NCBI RefSeq assembly: GCF_009834535.1
Contig: NC_045696.1
Span: forward strand, 82,772,001 to 82,836,000
Direction: 5' to 3'
DNA from: Camelus ferus
Taxonomy: Eukaryota
DNA: 64,000 nucleotides
Within the stretch, counting starts at the first letter, position 1. The number at the start of each line of letters is the position of its first letter. The translations under genes were made by a program, and so were the position numbers. Of the stretch, positions 24,401 to 36,547 are shown piece after piece. The notes under the pieces were generated by a model. It had not been told where the DNA came from and searched no databases. It saw only the letters and a list, made by a program, of their open reading frames with translations.

Positions 24401-27400
24401 AGTATTACATATTTCACGGGCAGGTCTGGTCTCCTGTTGGCCACCTGCTGGGACTGAAATATCCCACATCATAATGAAGGCAGGTTTGCAGAAGCCTTGT
24501 AAATACTTGAGCCCTGCAATTGAAGAAGGCAGACAAAGGCGGCTTTGGGGTCTCCTGGAGGCTTTGGAGGGTTAGACCTGTCAGGCGGGAGCTCCAAATG
24601 AATTTGGTAATTTATTATTCTGCACTTGTTAAGTGGAACATGTAAAATTTTGCATTCAGGTTTGTATCCTTATGAGTTGAAGTAAACTCCCGAGTAACAG
24701 GTAGCCTTGTGACTTTTCAGAGTATGTTACGGAGTGATCTTGTCCCCCTCCCCCTGCCCTTGTCCCTTCACTGATATTAGCAGGTCCATTTTCACAAACC
24801 TGTGTGGGACCCAAATCCTATGTTTTTTCAAAGTAGAAAAACTAAACTTCGAATTAACCTGGAATTTTTCTGTCAATTAAATAGAGCTTATTCAATCAGG
24901 ACGGGGAAAACTGTTTGGAAGTATCTATAAAGAATTTTTTTTTTTTTACAATATTGTAGTTTTTCTTATAAAAACACTTAATTGAAATGCCTAAGAGCTG
25001 CCCAGCACAAAAGTCAATAAAAACCCTAGAATAGAGTTTATAGGGGTTGTCTATGTACATAATTAAATCCTTCAGGCACTTTAAAACTCTGCAAAATAAA
25101 TGGTTATGCAAGAAGAGCCTGCTGCGAGAAGAAATGCTTGTATCAGCTTTAACCAGCTGCCCTGTGTTCCATGTTCCTGGGTTGGAATGAGAAAGCTATT
25201 AGAACACTGGAAGACTGCAAGCCACATACAAATCATCTTTGTTACTGACACTTGGGGGAGTACTTTATGGTGGCTGTCAAGCCCAATACAAAACATGGTT
25301 TGTGCCTGAAAAAGTCAAGTGCTATTATTTAAGAAGAAGATGTTAGTAATCCGAAGAGCTGAACAACATCCAGGATCTTCATTGAGTTTAGCTGCTACCG
25401 AAGCAGATTTATGACCGGGTCTGACTTAAGTAAATTAACATGTAGGTTCGCATTCTAGATTTGATGGAATAACAGAGGTTAATTACTTGCAATGATCTAT
25501 GCTGGAAAAGAAGGAAAAGGGGAGAGCTGTATTTAGATTTAATTTCACCGTCCTTTAGGGAATACTACTGAGGGGATGGGATTATGACGAGGGGCAAAGG
25601 AAGGAGTGCTAAGGAAAAAAAAGGAGAGCAGTCTAATGAATGTAACCAATAGAAAAATTGCAGGTTTGTTTCTCTCCCTGGCCCTCAGAGTTATGATAAA
25701 TGATAGCACAAGGCAAAGATAACCTACCATGAGAGTAGGATCACCAAGGCCAAATACTAAAACTCCCAGCTGACTGGCCCATACACTGCAGCCTCTGTTC
25801 GTGTTTATTTTTTCTGCTCACTCTTGGTTTCGTCAATCAGTATGATAGACGATAAGTCCTGACTAGAGCAGCCCGCGTCCTGCTCTCTCACGGTGGGTAG
25901 CATGTTGTGGTTGGCGCCAAGCAGTCGGAGGATCGCCCGCATCAGGAGCACCAAGGGGATGAGGTTCCGAGCCGTCTTCCAGCAGCCGGCTCCTTGGAGA
26001 ATAGCAGGCAGGAGCGTTATCAGCCGAGACTGGAGTTGCCAAGAAACTGACCACACATTAGTAGCTTTGTTTGGGTAGCGTCTAAAGGGGCTGTAGCTCA
26101 CCGACTTGAGACACTTTCTGTTAAATCATCCCTGGCTGTAAGTGTTAAAAGAAGGCTTGTTCAAAAAGAAACCGTGGGCTGATTGCCGCAGGCAGTCCTA
26201 TGACAAGGATCCTGAGTTAGGGATTTGTGCAGTTGTTGGGCGGCGAGGTGCAGACGGACATCAATTTAAAAAAAGAAAAATAGGAAGAAGACTCCTTCCT
26301 GGGGCTGGCCATTCACTTCTAAAGAAACTGTCTCCTAATGTGCAAAACGATGTTAAAAATGCCTTTAAAGGAAATCTGTACACACAATGGGGAGCTTTAG
26401 CTAGCTGGTGACATATGAAACACTGCTCAGTTAGCCAACAGCTCATCAGATAAATGGAATTTCCTGAATGCTATTCACAGATCACTAATGTTGTTTATCT
26501 ATTCTCTCAGCACTAACACTGTTTTAGGTTTCATTCTAGAAGAAGATTTTTACTTTATTTCACTCATTGGAAACTTTTCGAAAAATTTTAGTATCACTAT
26601 TTTTTTTTTAATTCATTTTGTAGAAGCTCAAAGACTATGAAAAAAGCAAAAATCATGACTGAAGTAGCCAAAGTGAAATTCTTTTGATATCTTGTGATGC
26701 AACACTGGTCAAACATTTCCTGTTCAACATTTTTTCCCTAGGTATCAGTGGTTCTTTTCTCAAGAACAAATGCCTCAGAAGCTTGGCACTCTCTACTTTT
26801 GTAGGAAATTTCAAATAAGTGATCAGCCCACCTTCCCCCACAAAAGTAATGCTTCTGGATAGAAAGAGTAAGGCAAACTTGACAGTTCTCTTTGTGTAGA
26901 TAATTTTTCTGTTTTAGAAATTACACTAACGTGTTAAGGAATGTTTCCCCCTTACCTTAATGTACGTTCCATAAACAAAAAGGATACTTCCTGATTATAA
27001 CTCTTCATACCTAGTGTATAACTTATAACTGCTGATGTACGTTAAGGTGAAACTTAACACTGGAATATTAGTTTTATTTCAGTTAATTATGTTACTAAGA
27101 GCTCATGAACCCAAAGATTTAGGGTTGGTCTGTTTCTAGTTATCCTGCCAAATTTTTTACTTGATGGAGGGGGTCTGTTTCATTCTACTTGGCCTCTCCA
27201 CCTTTGTAACCCCTGGTTTCCTCTTTTCCTGAATCACAAGTTTACGTTCTCCCCTTCTGTGAGAAGATTGAACGCTTATTCAACTCCAAAACGACTATGG
27301 TCACAAAATATCAACAGTGATTTTAATAGATCTTTGCCTATCAAAATATTGTTGCTGAATAATAGGGTAAAGGTAGTTGTGGCTGCTGATAGGAAGGAAT

Positions 27401-30400
27401 CTGACTATTAATAAAAAGCAGACAAGGGTCTTGAAACAGTACTTCCACTGTTACAATTTAGACACTTTATATTACTTTATTTAGTGCAACACCTGCAGCT
27501 ACTCACGTTGCTGGTGGCTGAAATAATCCAGGTCCACGCTGAGAGAGTATTACAGTTTCATTGTGCTATTTGTGCTTACTGTTTAAGCCTTTCTCACAGG
27601 AGAAAGCATTAGCTAAGTGTACAGTAGATAATAAAAGGGGGGATTTGGGCTCATCTGTTCCCCTTAAATCTGTCTAATAAAATCTCCCTTTGTAATCAGG
27701 ATTTGACTCCTTTTTCTCCCACTGGCTGGCACCTGGAGGTGGGTAGTGGCACAAACAGGCATTTCTTGAAGTTTTACCAAATGCCCCCACATTTCATAGT
27801 TTTACGGATTATGCCCTCTTCTGAGCCTTGGAAACGGTACCCAATTCCTCAGCTCTACTTCTGCGGATGCTATAATAGATTTCGGGTGGAAGATGTTTGT
27901 GATCTCAACAGGAGAGACAGGGTGCCTCATTTTAAGGCAATAATAGCAAGTCATTCTTCATCTTTAATTGACAACTTAACTTAGGTTTCAGATGGGTCCC
28001 TTTTAGTGATGCGCTAGTTTATTTTTGGCCACAAATGCTGATACTCATGGATCCAAGGGCATGGTCTATACAAAGTTCAAGTTAAGCAAATTTCTACTTT
28101 AGGCAGAAAGATGGAGTTGGGAGGTGGGAGGGTGCTGTAGGCTGAAACTAAGTCAGAGGTAATTTCTTCCTTCTCTATGTTGAAACAGCTCAGAGTTCAG
28201 GGGGATTCATACCCTTTTGACTTTAATTGCTCTGGGCCCACTGAGGCAAAGCAATGGTGCTCTATTTGTTTGGGGGTCAAGGAGGCAATCACAAAGGCCT
28301 TCAGAATATTTTCAAACATTTGGGGGAGATAAACATTTTCAGACATTTTATAATCATAAAGCTAGTTTCTAGATAGTTGTCTAATTTCCTAAACCATGCT
28401 TGCTGAAGTTTATTTGGTTATTGAAACATTAAGCTTAACCAGTCATGTTCTCTCTACTTTATGAAAATGTAGACAGGAAATTATCAGCAAATTGCTCGTT
28501 TAGAATTAAAGACAGGAAATGAACTTCAGCAGTTGAATTCTTGTAGTAAAAAGCTTCTACCTAAAGCATAAGTAAAGCCAGCAAAGCTTGCTTTCATTTT
28601 TAAGTCTGGGCTTTGTTATATCAACACAATAGATTTAGATTCTCTGTCCTTTTTCTCCTCAAAATTTCCATATTGTTTTTTACAGTATCCACAACTGTTT
28701 CTGTTACTAATTTCCCTATTATTTTTAAAATGTAGCTGGTGTTTCTATTCTTTACTTATTTGGAAAAATACCATGTCTTAGATTACATTAATAGATTAAT
28801 GAAGGCTATGACTCTGAAATAGTAACTTTGTTAATTTATTTATTGGGGCATCAAAAATTTTGAATATCTCCTTAAGTTCCCATATTAGTTTTTTATCTGA
28901 AATTCCAGAACTTCTTATTGAAATCTTGATTATAATGAATTTTTATATGTATTCCTAAATAGTTAATCATCCTCCCTTGAGGTGAGCTTGTGGAGCTATT
29001 CCTTTTGATAGTTATTACTTGGATTTTATTCTTTATATGTTATATTGTTAGTATGACCAATATATCAGTGGTATCTACAAAATAATTCCTGTACCTAATT
29101 TTCTTTTATATTTTTGTTTTGCCATTTTTATTTCTCTATATATTTGAAATACTCTAATATTCTTTAAAGTTCCCCCTATTGGTATTACATTATTTAAATA
29201 AACCACAGGCATAATTTTCCTCCAACAAAATGATTTGTACCATGTCTGACTATTTTGATTACCTTTAAGGAAAAATGAACTGCTTTGGATTAAACAAGAG
29301 AGAACCTCAAACTTTAGCCAAACTTTGAACCATTTATCCAGCTTAGTTTGAGGAAGTTAGAAAATTCTGGTTTTGTGATTAGTTTAAATTTCACTTTAAC
29401 AGCAAGTCACATTTCTTAACACTTCTTTCAGTATTTTGGAACCCATAAAAGGTGAGAATTACTCTACATTCCAAAAAATATATATTATTAATCTATTATT
29501 ATAGATTCTTATTACATATCTGTTATTCTGAAGACGTAATGTATTCAAATAAGATTTAAATAAATATAAGGCATTCTCAGTATTTATTTGGGGTAAAATT
29601 TTAAAGGATCAGTCATATTAAATTTTAGCATATGTCAGTTTATAATCTTTTGTTAAATGACTAAATGGTGGATATAAATATTCATAAATGTTATTCTACC
29701 ACCATTTGAAAGTGAAAACTCACTTTTCCTTTAATACTCAAACTGGAATTTCCTTAATTGGAGTCTAAGAAGATCTTTTTTTAAGAGAAAATTGACTTTC
29801 AATCAGATTTGGGGTTTTGAATCAGTTTTATGTCTTATGCAACATTTTATAACAAAGTCATGGTGATAGTCTAGCTAAACGTTTGGAAGAGATTGTCTTC
29901 AAATTGTTTTATTTAGCAGTTACTTTGTTCAGAAGTACATTTGTGGGTTTTTTGTTTATTTTGTGGTTTCTGTCCGAGTTTTCCTCACAGTAATCTGAAG
30001 TGCATCGTAAGTTTTAGCTGGAACGTGACTAAGTATAAAATTTTTGTGATCATTTCAGATAGCAAAACATTAAAGTTGGTATTCTCTAATGTTTCATAAC
30101 TCTTTTCAAATCACTGTGAATCTAAACTAGTTTCCTAATCCATGAATCCAGAAACCTAATGAAAGGAACATTACTGTATTCTAATCAGCAAGAGGTGTGA
30201 CTCAAATCTTAAATTTGTTCTAGAGCTGGCATTTGAGGATAATAATCAACGTTTATTAATTTGTGAGATTTGTGAAGAGGTCTTTGCTTTTGTAGGAGAA
30301 AAATATCTTAATGGTAAGAGTAATAATAGTAAAATAAGATGCCAATATTGAAAACCCTAGGATAAATTTTAAAGGATATTAGACTTTAAAAAAATGGGTG

Positions 30401-30519
30401 AACTGTAATTAAAACTTTAAAATTAACTGGGAAGATGGTTACTTTAGATTTTTGCTCTGCTGTGCAGTTATGTGAAGTGATGTTTGGAGAGGACACTTGC
30501 ATGTGTAGTAGATATTCTT

Positions 30520-30745
30520 TTGTTTACTCAACAAATATTCAACAACTGGAAAGTGCCAGGTGGTCTTTTCAGTGATGGACACTCAGCAGTTACTATGACA
30601 GACAAATTTCTTGCCCTCATGAAGCTTATACTCTAGTAGGGCCAAAGAGCACATCAGTAAAGTTATTTCAGATGGTAATTCATGCTACAAAGATAATAAA
30701 ATGATGTTATTTGATGGGTGAGACACTAAAGGTGATCAGGGAGCA
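30520..30745 (-). mobile_element. L2 (L2a-like) LINE 3' portion
   Basis: 'tttactcaacaaatatt...gtgccagg...acagacaaatttcttgccctcatgaagcttatactctagtaggg...atttcagatggtaat'. Confidence 0.85.
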
Positions 30746-33217
30746 CTTAAAATATAACAGTTTTATATTAAATACTATAGTGAGTCACACAATCTTCATC
30801 TAGGTAAAGTCTTTTGGTACCTCTTAGACAATAATTCTGACTCCCATGCTTGAGTAACAAGATGATGAAATTCAGTAAACATCTTCATTAAAGATGTTTC
30901 ATTTTTAACTGGAGTAATTTAGTTTTTTCTTTTTCTTAATGTGATCAGACCAGAGAAATATTCTCATGGAAGCTAATTCTGAGTCTTTTTCCTTATAGGT
31001 TAACTGTTATGAACTATTTTGTAAGAATTTGATGTATCATGGTCATTTCTTAAAAAGTTCTTTTCTACCATTCACATACCCTCCTAGTGGATATCCAATT
31101 ATTTACAGAAGTCTCGACATGTTTGGTCCTGTGTTTCAGCTACTCAGACTTAATTCAGAAGGAGCTTCATCCAGATGTTTTGTTTATTTGTTCCCCAATT
31201 ACATGTATGAGATTTCAGGATTTATGAGATCACAGGTCAAGTGAAAGGTCACAGTGGAGAGGTCAAGTGAGAGGCTAGCATTTGCAAAACCAAAGAAATG
31301 ACAGGACAGTGCCAAATGAAAGGTCGAAAGTCAAGTGACAGACCCTGCGTAGATGAAAGCAAGTGGTGTATTTGTTGAACGTCTGAGCACAGTGAAGTGT
31401 CTCAATATTCACGCACACAAAGTCAAAGGTTCTTAACCTTGGAATTCACAATTAATAATCACGTGCCACTTGTTATTATCCAAGGATATGCTATTTATTC
31501 ACAGAGAAAAACACTGCTACATAAAGTGAAAAAGTGTTTTCATTCATTGATTAGCATCAGTCAGGGTTACCCCTCTCCTATGATAGCCCTTTGAGATACA
31601 CGCAGAGCACCCAATTTGGGAAATTCTGAAGAACTTTTTCTTTTTGTCAGTGTGGGAAATATGCACATAGCAGATCATCTGAGATGTGAAAAAGTTCACT
31701 TAAAATAAGTCTGGGAAGGGATTGCTTCCAATTGATGCTCCCATGTGGTTTTACTTCTCCACTTGTTCATTCTGTTCTCCATTCACTCGCTTATTTAACA
31801 AATATTCATCGAAAGCCAAGTCATCTTGGTTACTTACACTGCAAAACTCTAAGAGAAAGTTTATTTGTGAGAAGAAGTTCCTGCTTGAAATATTATGGCT
31901 GAGGCAGCCTTCCTGAGTTTTATGTACTTGTTCAGAATTTCTTGATACTGCTTATTTTTTATAAGTAATAATTTGACACTAGGATCTGTAAGTGAGAGAG
32001 AGCAAATTTTGATTATTTGGGAGAACTAAGAATGAAAAATATAAATGATCTCTGTTTTATATGACCATAAGATGCATTATTACTACTATTTTAATTCATT
32101 TATTCTTTCTGTAAGCAAAGTTAATATTTTCCTCTGCCCTGGTGGCAGAAACATGGCAGTCTGCGGTTCTAATTTAGATATGGCTTCTTTTACCCATGGA
32201 ACCTCTCACTTTATTCTTGAGGAATGGTAAATACTATTAATATACTTGGGAGTTTTGTGTTTCTGTGTGTTTGTGTGCGTATGCATTTATCATTAACAAT
32301 AAAGGGTTCTTTGGGGTTTAGGGGCATTTTGTCAGTGACTTGTTTCATGGGTCATACAAAGTGATCATTCTTCAAAAGCTAAGTATTTAAGGGGAGTCTC
32401 TTTCCATATTCTAGAAATAAAAAGCAACATTTTATGACAAACTCAGAAAATAAATTAATGCATTAGGGATCTCTAGTTCTAAAAGAGAAATTCACCATAA
32501 AAGAATTTGGTTTCTATAAAGCCCTATGTTTTTTGGTGATAGAGCACATTAGACCAGTAGCTTATTTACAGGTAAAAATCTCATTGATGATAATAGAAGT
32601 TAATGGAAAGTGAATAGGAGTTTAGTCTCTACCAGACTATAAATTCAGGCTTTAAATCATAGAATAAGTACTATCATTGTCCAAAAGCAGTGTTTATTTT
32701 TCCTAAGTTTTGCCTTTCATATCACTCTCATAAATTTTTTTTAATATATACTTTGAAAAGTTAAGGGCAAGCCCTGAAGGGTGAAATATTGCAAACCAAT
32801 TAAAAACAACTGAAGTGAGATTCTAAAATACAGGAGTTTTCCAACTCATGAACAATATTTAGAGAGCTGGTTAATTTTAATTCCTCTGGGAACCATAAGT
32901 CTGGGCATTAATAGGCTTAGAGTGATAAAAACGGCCATATACTATGCACATATAGATGGTATTGTCAAAAAAGAAGCAATTAGTGGCAAAGAAAGCATAA
33001 GTATGTACACATATGGTGAGCAGGTTGAAATGTGAAATACGGCCAGGAATAAGAGCCAATGACAAAAAAGAAGTGGAAGTTGGGCTACTGTTTTAACTTA
33101 CTTACACAACTGGCAAATCAATGATACAAACAGATCAACTTAGTGATTACAGATAACTAAAGGATTTTACTGTTTCTTACAATTTTCTATAACCAACATA
33201 GAATCTACAGAACATGG

Positions 33218-33450
33218 GTTCTTTCATTTCCTTCTTGTTCCTTTTTCTTTCTTTCTTTCTTTCTTTTTTTTTTTTTTGCCTGTCTTTCTTTTCCTTTCTT
33301 TCCCTTTCTTTCTTTTGTTCATTCTTTCTTTTTTCTCTCTTTCTTTCCTTTTTTCCTTTTCTTTTCTTTCCCCCTTTCTCCTTTTTTTTCTCCTAAATTG
33401 CCTTTATACCTCTTCGTACCTCTAGCCTTCCTTCTTCCTCTTCCTGTCAT
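33218..33450. repeat. Polypyrimidine (CT/TTTC-rich) low-complexity tract
   Basis: About 180 nt of nearly pure C/T, followed by a CTT-rich tail. Confidence 0.9.
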
Positions 33451-35719
33451 TTTCTCAATGACATAACTGAGTAAATTAATAGTTTAATTTACTTTGCTTA
33501 ACTTAAAGATACTGAAGACTGTTGATGGACTCTGAAAGGCTGATTTTTCTCAACCAAAAGAAGTCAGCAGAGAAAGGAGCTAGGTGACTTGACGTCTTTC
33601 TCAGTGGTATGGTTTGGATGGCCCAGGGGACCTCTTTGGGGGATGGTGGAGGCACACCTTCATAAGCCCCTTATTTTAGAGCCTGTGTGTTCTCCCCCAA
33701 ATTTCGTCTCATCTTCTTCTTTGTAGGAAATTATACCACAGACACACATCTATCGGAAATTGCCCTGAAGGGACACATTTGCATTTCAGTTTTTAAAAGT
33801 GACACAGCTGTCAGTATAAAATGTAACAGGCAGTTTGTAACCTTATCTACTGTGTTATAGATTTTGTGTCACTTTCAAGAGAAATAAGTGGATGTGAAAG
33901 GGAAATACATTGAAAAATCTGATAACCAGCAACACATATTTTACTCCTCCAAAGTCAGGAAATTGGGAGACATGCACAGGTTCATTTCCAGCATGAAAAT
34001 CGTATTACTGTGACTAATTTAGGCGCAGAATGCACTTCACAATGGAGGGCACTGTAGTATGGAATAAATAGGAATCATTTTTAGTATTATTCTCCATCTT
34101 AACCCTGTTTGTTTTGGCTATGATTCTTTTGGGGGATGTCATCTTTCCCAAAACCCAGTTGCTAAAAGCTGGTTTCACTGGCAGAGAAAAAAGACTGCCG
34201 AGGGAGGTTTAGAGAGCACTGCAATTAGTTCTGTGTGTATGGAACTGCTTATCTGCCCACAACTGGGTCTGAGGAAACTCTGCTTAGTATTTATTAGGAG
34301 TTGAATTTATATGAGAAAAAAACAGATGCTTGATTTTGCTACCTTTCCTTTTAAAGTTTAATGTGCTGTAAAATACAAGGATCTGTACAATTAAGAAGGA
34401 GGTGCTTTCCCCTTAAACATGTGCCAAATGCCTCTCGCCTCCCTTTTCTGCAGATGCCCTCTTGTTTCTACAAAGCCCGCAATAATGAGTCCATCTCCAG
34501 ACAAGATTCCCAATTCCAGATGACCCAGGTTGCCAGCATTTAGGCGAAATGACCTGCCGGGTTATCAGATGTGATAGCTGGAATCATTTTGTGTATTCTC
34601 TGGTGCTGATCCAGGATTGTGCACTGTGTTGGGGATCCTGCTCCTATAAAGAGAATCCTACAAAGGCAGCTCCAGGGTGCCCCACAATAATTGAAATGTA
34701 GGAGAACCAGTATCAGACGTCAGTATCTTTCGTTTGGATTTGAAAACAGGAAATGACTTGGCATTTCTAATCTTGACTGGGAGACAGGCCCTGACTCCAC
34801 AATTACAGAGCATAATTACTCCAAGCTCAGTCTACGAAGAACCCCCAACTGCTTGTTGAGGACCTGCCAGGAAACTGACCTGGGTGAATGGTCTGGAAGA
34901 GAACATGAGGTGACAAGAGGCTGAGATGCCATTTTCAAGTAAATCTACATGAAAGGGCTGCTTAGAAAGGTGGAGGTTGTTAAAATCAGCTTGGCACCGG
35001 GACCTGCTAGAGTTTAAGCTGAGAAAAACTGGCAACCTGCAGTGTTTGGGGCTTGAATCAAATATTCATTGAAGCTTTGAATCCTGTGGTTAATAAGAAT
35101 CTTTTCAAGAATTTGATTTTTATAAATTCTCATTTCCAAACCACACCTCAAACATAGTTGAGAACCATGTATATACATACGTATGTTTTTCAAATAGTTA
35201 CTGGATTTCTGTAAAAAAGTGCCATCGCCCCTTATACTCCCTTTGCGACTCACTTCCTCCTGTGCACAGATTCCTCGCCATGGATGTGCCTGATGTTGCT
35301 CTCCCCAAATGCACAGCTCACTGTGGTTCTTATGCCAGTTGCAATACATAAGTTCTTTGAAGATTTCCCTGTTTTGTTTTGTTTTTTTTTTAAAGATCAA
35401 CCTTTCAGCTATTAAACTGGCTCCTAACAAAAGCTTTTGTTGTGGTTTGCTTATATCATGCTTGGAAGGACAGCAAATAATAGGTTACAGTAATGGAGCT
35501 GGAAAACTTCGAAAGACATGATTCTTGTGTCCAAGTTGTTTTTCATTTTGTTGTAGAAGGGCCTCAAAATGGCAGTTTGGCTATGGTCTTTTAGAAAGCC
35601 CACTAGAATTTGGAATAACTCAAAAAGGTGAATTCAAGAGAAAAATGAGAAACTCACAGGACCCCTAGAATTGAATTCCTTCTCACATGACCAGAGAAGA
35701 GGAAAAGCTTGAAATCCCT

Positions 35720-35860
35720 TATGGAATCTAGCCACGCTGGCCTGTCCTTTTGACTATGTGCATTGGTTTGGGGGCAATGTCATCTACACGTGCAAGGGCA
35801 CCATGCATGGTGGGCTTGGGCTCCTCAGAACTTGTGCAAGAACGACTTTAAAGTGACATT
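35720..35860. mobile_element. Possible hAT-Tip100 (MER91-like) DNA transposon remnant
   Basis: 'aatctagcc...tgtgcattggtttgggggcaatgtc...aagggcacc...cttgtgcaag' loosely resembles MER91-family motifs. Confidence 0.3.
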
Positions 35861-36039
35861 ATCACAGTGTCAAATTTTGAATGCTGAAAAGACACAGGAC
35901 TAACCACTTAGAATGAAAAAGACCTCTGTTACTGAACTTTGAGACCCTGTCCAAACTAGATTAAATCTATAGGATAAACACTTACATTTGCACATCATTT
36001 CATTAAGCAAACAATATATAGTGAGTACTTGCTCTAGTG

Positions 36040-36547
36040 AATAATATCCAGATTCCTTCCGCGGCCACGGGGCCATATTTGATTCGTCTTTTACCTCTTG
36101 ATCTCCCCTCCCCTGCCCTCACTTCATGTGCTTCAACCACATTGACTTCCTTTCTGCTCCTTAAAGATTTTTCTTTCTGGGGCACCCCTTCCAGCCTTAG
36201 GTCTTGGCTCAAATATCACTTCCTCAGTAGAGACTTCTCTGACCACAGCTGTCTAGTTTCCTCCTGCTGCTTCTCCTAGTCTCATCGTCCTGTTTGTTTT
36301 CTCCATGGCACTCACCGTGGGCCACAAGCATCTTGTTAGTTTTTTTTGTGTGTGTGTTTCCTTGTTATGGTGCGCTCCTCCCCTCCTGCCCACCTAGAAT
36401 ATAAGGTCCTGGAAGGCAAGGAACTTGAGTGTCTTGTTTACTTCCTCACCCCAAATACTTCGCCTGGTGCCTGGTGCAAATAGGTGCTCAACACATGTTT
36501 TTTTGAATACATAAGTGAATGAAAGTGTGAATAAATGAAAGAATGAA
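36040..36547 (+). mobile_element. L2 (L2a-like) LINE 3' portion
   Basis: 'ggctcaaatatcacttcctcagtagagacttctctgaccac...ctagaatataaggtcctggaaggcaaggaac...gtgcctggtgcaaataggtgctcaacacatg', ending in a (TGAA)n-like tail. Confidence 0.9.

Noticed and set aside
25805..26101. 98-aa, 63-aa and 61-aa overlapping ORFs as a protein-coding gene
   Set aside because: Non-ATG starts, no recognisable domain, and open frames are expected in a GC-richer patch.
33214..33396. Phe/Ser/Leu-rich 'membrane' ORF
   Set aside because: Artefact of the polypyrimidine tract.
35014..35430. Longest ORF in the track (138 aa, minus strand)
   Set aside because: Non-ATG start, runs through a poly-A/T tract, no recognisable homology and no splice context.
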